NCBI GenBank assembly: GCA_965215365.1
Contig: CBDCDS010000003.1
Location: 832,001-896,000 of the forward strand
Direction: 5' to 3'
DNA: 64,000 bases
From: Gammaproteobacteria bacterium
Lineage (GTDB): Bacteria > Pseudomonadota > Gammaproteobacteria > Eutrophobiales > Eutrophobiaceae
In this document: positions 9,250 through 32,664 of the stretch, piece after piece
Layout: the number at the start of each line of letters is the position of its first letter
Position numbering within the stretch: position 1 is the first letter of the stretch
The notes under the pieces: generated by a model
What the model was told of the DNA's origin: nothing
Seen by the model: only the letters and a program-made list of their open reading frames with translations
Database searches by the model: none
Position numbers and translations under genes: made by a program

Positions 9250-10659
9250 TCAGCTGGCGGCAAAATCACGCGCATCCGCGATACGACCTTTAAGCGCCGA
9301 GGCCGCCACGGTCGCCGGACTCGCTAGGTGCGAGCGCACGCCGGGACCCTGGCGCCCTTCAAAGTTGCGATTGGTGCTGGTGATCACGCGGGCGCCGACC
9401 GGGAAGCCCTCACCACCGGCATAGAAACACAGCGAACAGCCCGCCTCGCGCCACTCAAAGCCAGCCTCCAAGAAGATCTCGTGCAGTCCCTCCTGTTCGG
9501 CCGCATGTTTGACCTGAGTGGAGCCGGGCACACAGATCGCCTTCACCCCCGCTGCAATTCTGTTGCCTTTGAGTACCGCGGCGGCCGCGCGCAGGTCACT
9601 GAGTCGGCTGTTGGTGCAGGAGCCGATAAACGCCGCGTCCACCGGCACCGAAGCAATGGCGCGCCCGGCCTGCAAGTCCATGTACTCCAGCGCCCGCTCC
9701 ATGCCGTTGCGGGTGAGCGCATCCGTCTCCGCGCCCGGGTCCGGTATCTGCTCACACACGCCTATCGTATGTTGCGGGCTGGTGCCCCAGGTAACACCAG
9801 GCGCAACCTGCGTCAGGTCCAGGCTCAGCGCCCTGTCATAGACGGCGCCGGCGTCAGTATGCAGTTTGCGCCAGTAATCCTGCGCCGCGTCCCAGGCGCG
9901 GCCGGTCGGTGTGTAGGGCCGTCCGGCAACATAGTTCAGCGTGGCCTGATCAGGTGCAATCAGCGCGCTGAATGCGGAAAACTCCACGGCCATGTTGCAC
10001 AAGGTCATACGGGCTTCCACGGAGAGTTGCCCGAGGCCCGGCCCATGGAACTCAAGCACGCAACCGCCGGCGCCGGCTGCCGTGTACTGTCCCGTCAGTT
10101 GCAGTATCACGTCCTTGGCCGTGACCCCCGGCAGCAGCTGGCCTTCCAGGCACACCCCCAACTGCCCCGGTTTGACGACCCTTAAGGTTTCGGTGACCAG
10201 CGCATGTTCGCAGTCGCCGGAACCGATGCCCCAAGCCAATGCGCCCAGCGCGCCCAGCGTGCAGGTATGGCTGTCGGGACAAACCAGGGTCAGGCCGGGC
10301 AGCGCGATCCCCTGTTCTGCGGCAATCACGTGGGAGATACCCTGGCGCCGGTCGTCGAGGTCGAACAGGGTAATGCCGGCGCGCCGGGCCTCCCCGCGCA
10401 GACGGGTGATGAACTCCTCACCGCCGGGCATGGTAGTACGGTCACCACGGCCGGGAAAGGTATCGACGATGTGGTCCATGGTGGCGAACACCTGTTGCGG
10501 ATTTTTTACCCGGCGGCCTTGTTCTGCCATGCAGCTCAGGGCAATGCTGCCGGTGCGCTCATGCAGGAAGACCCGGTCGATATGCAGCAGGCAGGAACCG
10601 TCTCCTAAGTCGGCGATCAGGTGGTCATCCCAGATTTTTTCAAATATTGTGTTTGGCAT
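9250..10659 (-). CDS. leuC: 3-isopropylmalate dehydratase large subunit-like protein (aconitase family)
   Basis: DSHTCTLGA, FIGSCTNSR, GCSLC, STNRNFEGRQG. It departs from canonical LeuC (HERTGS) and no leuA/leuB is nearby. Confidence 0.85.
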   Translation of the reverse strand: MPNTIFEKIWDDHLIADLGDGSCLLHIDRVFLHERTGSIALSCMAEQGRRVKNPQQVFATMDHIVDTFPGRGDRTTMPGGEEFITRLRGEARRAGITLFDLDDRRQGISHVIAAEQGIALPGLTLVCPDSHTCTLGALGALAWGIGSGDCEHALVTETLRVVKPGQLGVCLEGQLLPGVTAKDVILQLTGQYTAAGAGGCVLEFHGPGLGQLSVEARMTLCNMAVEFSAFSALIAPDQATLNYVAGRPYTPTGRAWDAAQDYWRKLHTDAGAVYDRALSLDLTQVAPGVTWGTSPQHTIGVCEQIPDPGAETDALTRNGMERALEYMDLQAGRAIASVPVDAAFIGSCTNSRLSDLRAAAAVLKGNRIAAGVKAICVPGSTQVKHAAEQEGLHEIFLEAGFEWREAGCSLCFYAGGEGFPVGARVITSTNRNFEGRQGPGVRSHLASPATVAASALKGRIADARDFAAS

Positions 10660-10714
10660 CGTATACCATAAAAGTATAGCATTAGAACTTTATCGATATT
10701 GCACGGGTAGCGCT

Positions 10715-12193
10715 ATGACAGTTGACTTGTTGATCAAGAACGCGAGAGTGGTCAGGCCGGGCGTCAGTCTGGTTGAGACCATGGACATTGCGATAGACCA
10801 GGGTAAATTCAGTCGTATTGCCCCGACCATCGACCCGACCGGCGCGCGCCAGGTGGTGGACGGCAAGCAATATCTGGCCTTCCCCGGCGTAGTCGATGCC
10901 CACATGCACACCGGCATTTACTCGCCGCTACCCGAAGATGCGGTTAGCGAAAGCCGGGCGGCGGCCATGGGCGGCGTGACTACCAGCCTGAATTACATGC
11001 GCACCGGCAAGTACTACCTGAACAAGAGCGGCCCTTACCGGGAGTTTTTTCCCGAAGTGCTGGAACAGTCCGCCGGGCGCTTCCATGTGGATTACGCCTA
11101 CCACCTGGCGCCGATGATGGCGGCCCACATCGATGAGATTGACGACCTAGTGGAACGCTTCGGCGTCACTTCGTTCAAAATTTTCATGTTCTACGGCTCC
11201 CACGGCCTGCATGGCAAATCCGAAGACCAGAGCGGCTTCCTTATGATCGACAGTGACGAGCATTATGATTTCGCCCACTTCGAGTTCATCATGCGCGGCA
11301 TCCGTCGAGCCATGGACCGCTTCCCTGACAAGGCGCAGCAAATCAGTCTGAGCATGCACTGTGAGACGGCGGAGATCATGCGCGCTTACACGCGCCTGGT
11401 CGAGGAGGAAGGCCGCCTCAGCGGCCTGCCCGCCTACCATGCCTCGCGCCCGCCACATTCGGAAGGGCTGGCGATATTCATTGCCTCTTATCTGGCCCAT
11501 GAAACGGATTGCGTGAATATCAACCTGTTGCATCTGACCTCGCGCAAGGCCGTGGAAGCGGCGCTGCTGATGGCCGAAGCGTTCCCCCATATCGATTTTC
11601 GCCGCGAGGTCACCATCGGCCACCTGGTGCTGGATATCGACGCGCCGACCGGGGCGCTGGCCAAGGTCAACCCGCCCATCCGCCCGCGCGCGGATGTGGA
11701 ATACCTGTGGGAAAAGCTGCTGGAAGGAAAAGTTGACTGGGTAGTCAGCGACCATGCCTGCTGCAAGCATGAACTCAAGGTCAACGCCGAGACGCCCGAA
11801 AACGTGTTCTTGGCCAAGTCCGGCTTTGGCGGCACCGAATACCTGCTGCCGGCATTGCTCACTGAAGGCACCCGGCGCGGCCTGAGTCTGAATCGCATTG
11901 CCGAGCTCACCAGCTACAACCCGGCCCGCCGCTACGGCCTCAACGGCAAGGGCGATATCGCCCCCGGCTGTGACGCCGACCTGGTACTGGTCGACCCCAA
12001 CGAAACCTGGGTCGTGCAGGCACAGAACTCTCCCTCCAACCAGGGTTACACCCCGTTTGAAGGCATCGAGCTAACCGCCCGGGTCAAACAAACCTGGCTG
12101 CGCGGTCGCCTCATCTATGACGGCAACGTCATCGGTGAACCTATGGGTAAATTCCTGAAACGGCCGTATCAGCACGGTTTGGCGCCAGCATGA
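10715..12193 (+). CDS. Cyclic amidohydrolase (allantoinase/dihydroorotase/hydantoinase family)
   Basis: Start MTVDLLIKNARVV at ATG 10715. Motifs PGVVDAHMH, HCE, KVNPPIR, SDHAC, DADLVLVDP. Confidence 0.88.
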   Translation: MTVDLLIKNARVVRPGVSLVETMDIAIDQGKFSRIAPTIDPTGARQVVDGKQYLAFPGVVDAHMHTGIYSPLPEDAVSESRAAAMGGVTTSLNYMRTGKYYLNKSGPYREFFPEVLEQSAGRFHVDYAYHLAPMMAAHIDEIDDLVERFGVTSFKIFMFYGSHGLHGKSEDQSGFLMIDSDEHYDFAHFEFIMRGIRRAMDRFPDKAQQISLSMHCETAEIMRAYTRLVEEEGRLSGLPAYHASRPPHSEGLAIFIASYLAHETDCVNINLLHLTSRKAVEAALLMAEAFPHIDFRREVTIGHLVLDIDAPTGALAKVNPPIRPRADVEYLWEKLLEGKVDWVVSDHACCKHELKVNAETPENVFLAKSGFGGTEYLLPALLTEGTRRGLSLNRIAELTSYNPARRYGLNGKGDIAPGCDADLVLVDPNETWVVQAQNSPSNQGYTPFEGIELTARVKQTWLRGRLIYDGNVIGEPMGKFLKRPYQHGLAPA

Positions 12194-14823
12194 AAAACCC
12201 AGCAAAATCCTCGCTGCTAACCTCTGAAAATACCCTGCGCGGCGGTGCCCTGATATTTGTGGCCGGGCTGGCGTTAGCGCTGGCTGGTTGTGGCGGTGGC
12301 GGCGGCGGTGGCAATGTCAGGCCGGCGCCGCCGGTGGTGGCGCCGCAGCCATCGCTACCGACCGAGCCAGCGCCGTCGGAAAGCGAGCTGCGGGCGGAGT
12401 TTGCCGAGCATCCGCAGTTTCGGAACCAGCCGGCGCTGGAGCAGGTCAACGCGCATTATGCGTACGCGCGCGGTGCCACCGGTGCCGGCATTACCATCGG
12501 CATCATTGACGACGGCGTCGATGCGGAACACCCGGCGTTGACCGGAAAAATCCACCCGGATTCGTTTTATGCCGATGGCTACGACCCGGACTTCAGCGCT
12601 TGCAACATGCGCGCGGCAGATGGTGCCTGCCTCGACGGTGGCCTGTCACACGGCACTTATGTGGCCGGCATCATGGCCGCGCGCCGCAACGAAAATGCGG
12701 CTGCCGTCACCGGTGACTCCCAGGCTGTACACGGCGTTGCCTTCGACGCCGAACTGTTCTCGGTGGGTATTGCTCTGAGTGAAGCGTCGGAGGTATATGA
12801 ACCCGTGACGCTTACCGGTCTTGGCGTTTACGGCCCGGATCTGGCCGATCTTGTTGCGGGAGTCCCCAGCGCCGTGACTGTGCTCAATCTGAGCATAGGA
12901 TTTCCCGGCAATATTGAGGAGTATTCCGCCGCGGAACTGCGCGCGGCGTTGCCGCGCTTGATAAACACCATGGCGCAGGCAGACACGCCGGCCGCGGCGC
13001 GCACCGTCTACGTCTGGGCTGCCGGCAACGCCCGCGGTGAGCGGCGGTCTGACGGCACTATCGAACAGGCTGACTCGGTGGAGGTCTTGTCGGGGCTCGC
13101 CGCCCGCATCCCGGAACTGCGCGGCCACTCTCTGGCTGTGGTTGCCACCGGCCCGGGCGGTGACATCGCGGGCTTTTCCAACCGTTGCGGCATTGCCGCT
13201 GATTACTGTCTGGCCGCACCGGGAATAGAGGTGCATGGCCCGTCCCCCAACAACTATTGCCCGACCGGCACGGCAGAATGTTACACCAGTGCTTCGGGCA
13301 CCTCCGCGGCCGCCCCCATCGTCAGCGGCAGTGTCGCATTGCTGGCGCAGCACTACCGTGAGCAACTGGGTCATGACGAGCTCGTGGCGCGCCTGCTGCA
13401 CACGGCCAACAAGGAAGGCATCTACGCAGACGCAGACCTGTACGGCCAGGGCTTGCTTGACCTGGACGCCGCCACCCGGCCCGTAGGGGAAACCAGATTG
13501 CTTATGGGCCAATCCCTGGGCGGCCCCGCCGCCCCGGTTCAACTCAGCGCCCTGGCCGCAGCGCCGGCTTTCGGCGATGCACTGGCGCGCGCGCTGGACG
13601 GCTACGCAGTGGCCGCTTTTGATACCTTGAATGCGCCGTTCTTCCACGCACTGGGTGAGTATATCCAGCCAGCCGTGGTGCCGGCGCGCCTGGAGGAGCG
13701 TCTCCACACCCTGGGCAATGACCCGCGCGGTGCCTTGTGGGAGACTGGGGAGTACCAGTTACGTGCCCGCCTAGAGCATGGCCGCGCAAGGTTCAACGCG
13801 TTTCCGGTCTGGCGCCGGGCGGGGCAGTATGGTTGGCCCGCTGGTTTACCCGACGCCGCGCGCAGCGCTGCGCGCCTGTTCCCGGGGCAGGTTTTGGGCC
13901 AGCTTCCGGGCGGCCCGCAACTGGAGTCCTTGTCACTGACCCGCCGCGTTGCGGCTGGAGAGTTCTATTTCGGCGTACGCAGCCATCCTGGCTGGCAGTT
14001 TGGCTTGCATGGGTTGGCGCGCGCCGCCGGCACCGGCCATGCCGCGCTCACCCCCGGGCTGTTCTCCGATGATGCAGCCTTTGCCAACCCATATCTCAAC
14101 TTTGTGCGCGATGGTGTCAGCGCCGGGTTGTCCGTGGCTGGCGGTAACGGCGCGTTCAGCATCGCCGGGTTCCACGGCGCCACGCAATACGGCGAACGGC
14201 GCGATCCCGATTCCAGCCACGCCGCCGGGGCGCTGGCTGAATACCGCTTTGATAATGGCTTCCTTGCCGGCACTGCCGTACAGGCCGGCTGGTTGATGGA
14301 ACCGCGCCAACTGGCCGGCAGCCGTTCCCGCGGCGCTTTCGGTGAACTCGGCAGTGCCAGCGGTTTCATAGGTGTTGCCGGACGCTATCCGCTGAGTGAC
14401 CGTTGGACCGCCTTGGGCAGCGTCCATGCCGGGCTGAGCCGGCCGCGGCTGGCGCAACCGGGTATGCTGCAAGACCTGTCGGTATTGTGGAGCAGTGCCT
14501 TCAGCCTCGGCATCATCGGCACCGACCTTGCCCATAAACAGGACCGGCTGGCCCTGCGCCTGTCGCAACCCCTACGCGTGGAGCGGGGAGACGCCCGCTT
14601 GGTCTGGGTCTCAGGCCGCACTCGGCAACGGCACGCGCTGCTCGAATATACGGCCTTGAACCTAGAGCCCTCCGGTCGCCAGCTGGACCTGGAATTCGCC
14701 TACAGCCGCCCCTGGAAAGCGGGGCGCGCCCACCTCGGCGCACTTGCCACACATCAGCACGGACATACTCGCGGCGCCCACGACTTGGCCCTGTTCATGC
14801 GCTACCAGCGCAGCTTTTACTGA
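12190..14823 (+). CDS. S8 subtilisin-like serine protease lipoprotein with a C-terminal beta-barrel-like domain
   Basis: Lipobox LAGC plus poly-Gly. Triad motifs IIDDG, HGTYVAG, SGTSAAAP; oxyanion AAGN; amphipathic C-terminus ending YQRSFY. Confidence 0.88.
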   Translation: MKNPAKSSLLTSENTLRGGALIFVAGLALALAGCGGGGGGGNVRPAPPVVAPQPSLPTEPAPSESELRAEFAEHPQFRNQPALEQVNAHYAYARGATGAGITIGIIDDGVDAEHPALTGKIHPDSFYADGYDPDFSACNMRAADGACLDGGLSHGTYVAGIMAARRNENAAAVTGDSQAVHGVAFDAELFSVGIALSEASEVYEPVTLTGLGVYGPDLADLVAGVPSAVTVLNLSIGFPGNIEEYSAAELRAALPRLINTMAQADTPAAARTVYVWAAGNARGERRSDGTIEQADSVEVLSGLAARIPELRGHSLAVVATGPGGDIAGFSNRCGIAADYCLAAPGIEVHGPSPNNYCPTGTAECYTSASGTSAAAPIVSGSVALLAQHYREQLGHDELVARLLHTANKEGIYADADLYGQGLLDLDAATRPVGETRLLMGQSLGGPAAPVQLSALAAAPAFGDALARALDGYAVAAFDTLNAPFFHALGEYIQPAVVPARLEERLHTLGNDPRGALWETGEYQLRARLEHGRARFNAFPVWRRAGQYGWPAGLPDAARSAARLFPGQVLGQLPGGPQLESLSLTRRVAAGEFYFGVRSHPGWQFGLHGLARAAGTGHAALTPGLFSDDAAFANPYLNFVRDGVSAGLSVAGGNGAFSIAGFHGATQYGERRDPDSSHAAGALAEYRFDNGFLAGTAVQAGWLMEPRQLAGSRSRGAFGELGSASGFIGVAGRYPLSDRWTALGSVHAGLSRPRLAQPGMLQDLSVLWSSAFSLGIIGTDLAHKQDRLALRLSQPLRVERGDARLVWVSGRTRQRHALLEYTALNLEPSGRQLDLEFAYSRPWKAGRAHLGALATHQHGHTRGAHDLALFMRYQRSFY

Positions 14824-14863
14824 ATCAAACGATGCTGATGGACGTAGCGCGCACTCGTTCACC

Positions 14864-16141
14864 ATGAACAGCCCCTTACTTCAGATCGACCGCGCGCTGC
14901 TATGGCATCCATATACCTCGATGGTGAACCCGCCGCCGGTATTCCCGGTGGTGTCCGCGCAGGGCGTGCGGCTCAGGCTTGCGGACGGGAGGGAACTGAT
15001 CGACGGTATGGCATCCTGGTGGTGCGCCATCCACGGCTACAACCATCCGGTGCTGAATGCAGCGGTCAGCGTACAGCTGCAGGATATGGCTCATGTCATG
15101 TTCGGCGGGCTTACCCACGAACCGGCGGTGCGGCTGGCGCAGAAGCTGGTGGACATGACCCCGAGCGCATTGCAGACGGTGTTCTTTGCCGACTCCGGTT
15201 CCGTCGCCGTGGAAGTTGCCCTCAAGATGGCCATCCAGTACTGGGCTGCGGCAGGACGCCCGGGCAAGCAGAAACTGCTCACCGTACGCGGCGGCTATCA
15301 TGGCGATACCTTTGGTGCCATGGCGGTGTGTGACCCGGTCACCGGAATGCACTCACTGTTCCGGGAGGTGCTGCCCGCCCATTATTTCGCCGACCAGCCC
15401 GCCACCCGTTTCGGCGCGGCCTGGCAGGAAAACGATATTGCCACCTTGGCAACACTGGCAGAAAATCACCACCAGGACCTCGCCGCAGTCATCATTGAGC
15501 CGGTGGTGCAGGGGGCCGGGGGCATGTGGTTTTACTCGCCCGAGTACCTCAACCGGTTGCGGGAAATCTGCGACCGCTATGACCTGCTGCTGATTTTCGA
15601 TGAGATCGCCACCGGCTTCGGCCGCAGCGGCAAATTGTTCGCCTGCGAACACAGCCGTGTCGCGCCCGACATTTTATGCCTGGGCAAGGCCTTGACCGGC
15701 GGCTACATGACCCTGGCGGCCACCCTGACGTCAATACCGGTCGCCGAGACCATCTCTGCCGGCGGCCAGGGCGTGTTCATGCACGGCCCCACCTTCATGG
15801 CCAACCCCCTGGCCTGTTCGGTGGCGTTGGCCAGTATCAAACTGCTGGAGCAGAGCGGCTGGCAGCAACGGGTGCAAAACATACAAAACCAGCTTCAGAC
15901 CGAACTGGCCCGCTGCCGCGACCTAGATAACGTGACAGAGGTGCGGGCGCTGGGCGCCATTGGCGTAGTGGAGGTTGACCGGCCCGTAGATATGCACACG
16001 GTTCCGCATTGGTTTGTGGAACAAGGGGTCTGGATCAGGCCCTTCGGCAGACTTATTTATGTTATGCCGCCTTACATCATAAACGCCGCAGATCTGACCC
16101 GATTGACGAGTGCGATTTATCATGTCGTGGGTAAATTGTAG
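14864..16141 (+). CDS. bioA: Adenosylmethionine-8-amino-7-oxononanoate aminotransferase
   Basis: LWHPYTSM, DGMASWW, GYHGDTFGAM, FDEIATGFGR, LGKALTGG, HGPTFMANPLAC. Confidence 0.96.
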   Translation: MNSPLLQIDRALLWHPYTSMVNPPPVFPVVSAQGVRLRLADGRELIDGMASWWCAIHGYNHPVLNAAVSVQLQDMAHVMFGGLTHEPAVRLAQKLVDMTPSALQTVFFADSGSVAVEVALKMAIQYWAAAGRPGKQKLLTVRGGYHGDTFGAMAVCDPVTGMHSLFREVLPAHYFADQPATRFGAAWQENDIATLATLAENHHQDLAAVIIEPVVQGAGGMWFYSPEYLNRLREICDRYDLLLIFDEIATGFGRSGKLFACEHSRVAPDILCLGKALTGGYMTLAATLTSIPVAETISAGGQGVFMHGPTFMANPLACSVALASIKLLEQSGWQQRVQNIQNQLQTELARCRDLDNVTEVRALGAIGVVEVDRPVDMHTVPHWFVEQGVWIRPFGRLIYVMPPYIINAADLTRLTSAIYHVVGKL

Positions 16142-16203
16142 CCGCTGATAATTTGCTCTGCCTGAAAACGTAGCGTGTCGATAAGCGCAGCCCATTCAAA
16201 GTA

Positions 16204-17606
16204 AGTATTTTCCAATACTGGAATGAGCCTGAAGTAGAGAGAGTCTGCCCCGATCTCAAGCCCGTTTGTATTCCTGTTCATGGATGGTGGTAAAGAGGGC
16301 CCGGCGCGCCTGTTGTAGGGCGTCCGCGGCCGCGTTGTCGCTGACTCGGTAAGCGACCTTATCCAGTATCTCAAAGCTTAAGTCCGGTTTCAAACAGGTC
16401 TGGGCATCATCCAAGGATTTAAGTTTTTCATAGGGGGTCATGAGGTTCTTGTAGGGGTAACGCTTGCGTTGTTTCCCTTTGTTGTCGGTGATGGTTTGTG
16501 GAAACAGGCAGGGTCGGTGGTAGTTGACATAGGGGTTGAGGTGCTGGCGGTGGAAGTCGTTCAACGGGCCGGCCCAGCGGCGCGGGATGTGGGCGTGGCC
16601 TAAGAGCTTGCGCACCACGTGTCCGTTTTTGCATTCCACCAGGGCGTTGTCGTTGCTGTGCCGGGGGCGGGACTTGGTCAGTTCGATACGCAGCTTCTCT
16701 AACAGTTGGGCCACCTGTTTATTGATGTACTCCGAGCCGTTGTCGGCATGGAAGCCCAGGAGGACAAAGGGGAACGCATCAAGCAGGTATTCAAGTGCCG
16801 GGATGAGGTAGACCTCGGTGATGCGCTCGACGCTGACGACCACTTCAAACTGGGTCACCTCATCGACCGCATTGATGTGATAGACCCCTTTTTCACCGTC
16901 TAAATCGCCCTGATGCACGGTATCGATGCGGATATAACCGCAGCGCCCGTCCGGCTGCGGTTTGCGCCGTACACCGATCTCACGCACCACCGGGCGGGTC
17001 TTGTCTATCGTGTGGCGCTGACGTTGGTAGGTCTTCGAGCGCCGTAAGTTGTACAGGTGCGAGACCGAGATCCCGGCCAAGCGTTCATACTCGACCTGAC
17101 CGAACACCTGATAGGCTCGCTCACAGAGCTTCTTTAGGGTCAACCCATTCGGGGTATTGTGGCGCTCGTCCATGGCCGCTAGCAGGCGGATATCGGCCTT
17201 CGTGTAGCGTCGGACAAAGCCCCGCGCCGTACACTGGCGCACCGCTAACGTACCGGTCTCCCGGTAGCGCCCAATCAGCCGCTTGACCTGTGCCCGGGAA
17301 TACCCGCTCACCTTCATCAGGTACGCCGTGAGCGCCCCTTTGTCCGCCTTGCTGCAGCCCAGGTAATCAAACGTCACCAGGGTGCGCCGTATCCAGTCAT
17401 ACCGACTCTGCTTGTCGCTGGCAACCTCAAACATCACCCGCTGGGTCCCGGCCAGAAAATCGCGCACCTGCTCAATACGCGTTAAGTCATTCGCATTCAT
17501 GATCGTTTTCATCCTCGTATCATGAACGGGAATACCGGCTCGTTCAGGCTCATTTCATGTTGGAATCACACCCGCCCTTCAGGCTCATTTCATATTGGAA
17601 AATACT
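16204..17606 (-). mobile_element. Complete insertion sequence with an rve/DDE transposase (family not assigned)
   Basis: Terminal inverted repeats agtattttccaata..aatgagcctgaag at both ends, 5-bp target duplication AAGTA (16199-16203, 17607-17611), and an extra internal IR copy near 17542. Confidence 0.9.
16256..17512 (-). CDS. Integrase-core (DDE) transposase
   Basis: IRIDTVHQGD, FHADNGSEY, SRPRHSNDNALVECKN. Confidence 0.9.
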   Translation of the reverse strand: MKTIMNANDLTRIEQVRDFLAGTQRVMFEVASDKQSRYDWIRRTLVTFDYLGCSKADKGALTAYLMKVSGYSRAQVKRLIGRYRETGTLAVRQCTARGFVRRYTKADIRLLAAMDERHNTPNGLTLKKLCERAYQVFGQVEYERLAGISVSHLYNLRRSKTYQRQRHTIDKTRPVVREIGVRRKPQPDGRCGYIRIDTVHQGDLDGEKGVYHINAVDEVTQFEVVVSVERITEVYLIPALEYLLDAFPFVLLGFHADNGSEYINKQVAQLLEKLRIELTKSRPRHSNDNALVECKNGHVVRKLLGHAHIPRRWAGPLNDFHRQHLNPYVNYHRPCLFPQTITDNKGKQRKRYPYKNLMTPYEKLKSLDDAQTCLKPDLSFEILDKVAYRVSDNAAADALQQARRALFTTIHEQEYKRA

Positions 17607-17679
17607 AAGTATTGACATCGTCGCCAACGACGAGTAGTATAGCCTCCTGACCTGCACTTAAAGTACTGAGGAAACCACC

Positions 17680-18039
17680 ATGGCCCCTGTTATCCATGCC
17701 CTGCTGACCCAATCGCCGCTGCTGCTGGCTATCGTTGTCTTGTACCTTCTGAATCGTAAGGACATCAAGCTCATCGAACAAAAAATCGACGGCATCAACA
17801 CTCGTTTTGATGATATCAACGCCCGTTTTCATGATTTGAAAGAAAGCATCAACAAACGCTTCGATGGCGTCAACAAGCGTATCGATGACGTCAACAAGCG
17901 TATCGATGACGTCAACAAGCGTATCGATGATCAGAAAGATGACATCAAAGCGCTGAGCCAAAAAGTGGATACTCTATCGGGTCAGGTGCATCGGATTGAA
18001 GGGCATTTGGGTTTGCCTGGTGTCGGTGCGGAGGCTTGA
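17680..18039 (+). CDS. Small membrane-anchored coiled-coil repeat protein
   Basis: GAGG RBS, N-terminal hydrophobic helix, heptad repeats (VNKRIDD)x3. Confidence 0.7.
   Translation: MAPVIHALLTQSPLLLAIVVLYLLNRKDIKLIEQKIDGINTRFDDINARFHDLKESINKRFDGVNKRIDDVNKRIDDVNKRIDDQKDDIKALSQKVDTLSGQVHRIEGHLGLPGVGAEA
17869..17931 (+). repeat. 21-bp in-frame tandem repeat, three copies
   Basis: Unit gtcaacaagcgtatcgatgac; the third copy ends in t. Confidence 0.9.
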
Positions 18040-18117
18040 AACAGCAGGCAACGCTTGCTTCTTAAAAATGAAAAGAAAAACCAAAAACCGCAGAGTTCTC
18101 TGTGCTATACTGGTGCC

Positions 18118-18633
18118 ATGGAACCTCACGTTCAAATTCTGACTGCAATCATTGGCGTCGGTGTCGCCTTGGCCGGGCTGATTCTGAGATTAGCCACGCG
18201 TATCGACGGGCTGAGCGAAAAGATTGACAAATCAGTTGCCGCGCTGATCGAGAAGATTGACAAGACACGTGCCGAGCTGAACGAAAGGATTGACAAGACT
18301 AATGAAAAAATTGACAAGATACGTGCCGAGCTGAACGAAAAGATAGACAAATCAGTTGCCGCGCTGATCGAGAAGATTGACAAGACACGTGCCGAGCTGA
18401 ACGAAAAGATAGACAAGTCAGTTGCCGCGCTGAGCGAAAAAATTGACAAGACTAATGAGCGGGTTGGCAAGACCAATGGCCGGCTGGGGCGGGTCGAACA
18501 AGGTCTGGCGGCGCTCAAGGCCACGGTGGAGACTTTCTTCCGGGTGCGCGTCGACCCGTTGGTTCCCCCGCCGGATTCTTCCACGGATTCCTCGCCCCCG
18601 GTTGAGCAGCGCCGGACCGGCACGGATGGTTAA
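18118..18633 (+). CDS. Membrane-anchored coiled-coil protein with 11-aa KID repeats (Bdr/DUF1640-like)
   Basis: N-terminal TM segment, KIDKSVAALIE and KIDKTRAELNE repeats. ATG 18118 lies 6 nt after TGcTATACT. Confidence 0.72.
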   Translation: MEPHVQILTAIIGVGVALAGLILRLATRIDGLSEKIDKSVAALIEKIDKTRAELNERIDKTNEKIDKIRAELNEKIDKSVAALIEKIDKTRAELNEKIDKSVAALSEKIDKTNERVGKTNGRLGRVEQGLAALKATVETFFRVRVDPLVPPPDSSTDSSPPVEQRRTGTDG

Positions 18634-18683
18634 AACAGCATTGCTATATCACTGAAAAAAGTACAAAAAAAGCCAAAAACTAC

Positions 18684-18712
18684 TTGACAATCTTGAGGGG
18701 GAATGCCATAAT
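18684..18712 (+). promoter_or_regulatory. Sigma70-type promoter of the giant adhesin gene
   Basis: TTGACA (18684-18689), 17-bp spacer, CATAAT (18707-18712) with an extended -10 TG and an A-rich upstream tract. Confidence 0.7.
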
Positions 18713-18714
18713 GA

Positions 18715-18826
18715 ACAGCCGCACAGCCGCACAGCCGCACAGCCGCACAGCCGCACAGCCGCACAGCCGCACAGCCGCACAGCCGCACAGCCGCACAGCC
18801 GCACAGCCGCACAGCCGCACAGCCGC
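18715..18826 (+). repeat. Simple sequence repeat (ACAGCCGC)14
   Basis: Perfect 8-bp unit over 112 bp, ending exactly at ATG 18827. Confidence 0.97.
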
Positions 18827-32393
<13,567 letters not shown>

Positions 32394-32664
32394 GCGACCG
32401 CTGCACCCTCACTGGTCTTGCCCTGCCTACGGGCAAGTGCTTTCTCGATCATAGCTACCGCTATGCTCATCGTCGCAGATGCCCGCAGGCAGGACCAATC
32501 CGGCGCGATCTTCCTCACTTGTCGATCATCACCGTCACCACTGACCGCACGGGCCAGTGTGGCAGGAACGGGCGCCGTGACGGGGGCGGCGGACCGGACC
32601 TCGGCCTTCTGTCGAATCCGGCCGATCCGGAGAACGCCCAGACGGCGGACTGAATGCTCCCTTG

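Noticed and set aside
9992-10714. N-terminal extension of the 733-aa ORF
   Set aside because: It is antisense to the leuC-like gene; the amidohydrolase domain begins at ATG 10715.
18715-18826. Possible CRISPR array
   Set aside because: It is a pure 8-bp tandem repeat with no spacers, and no cas genes are present.
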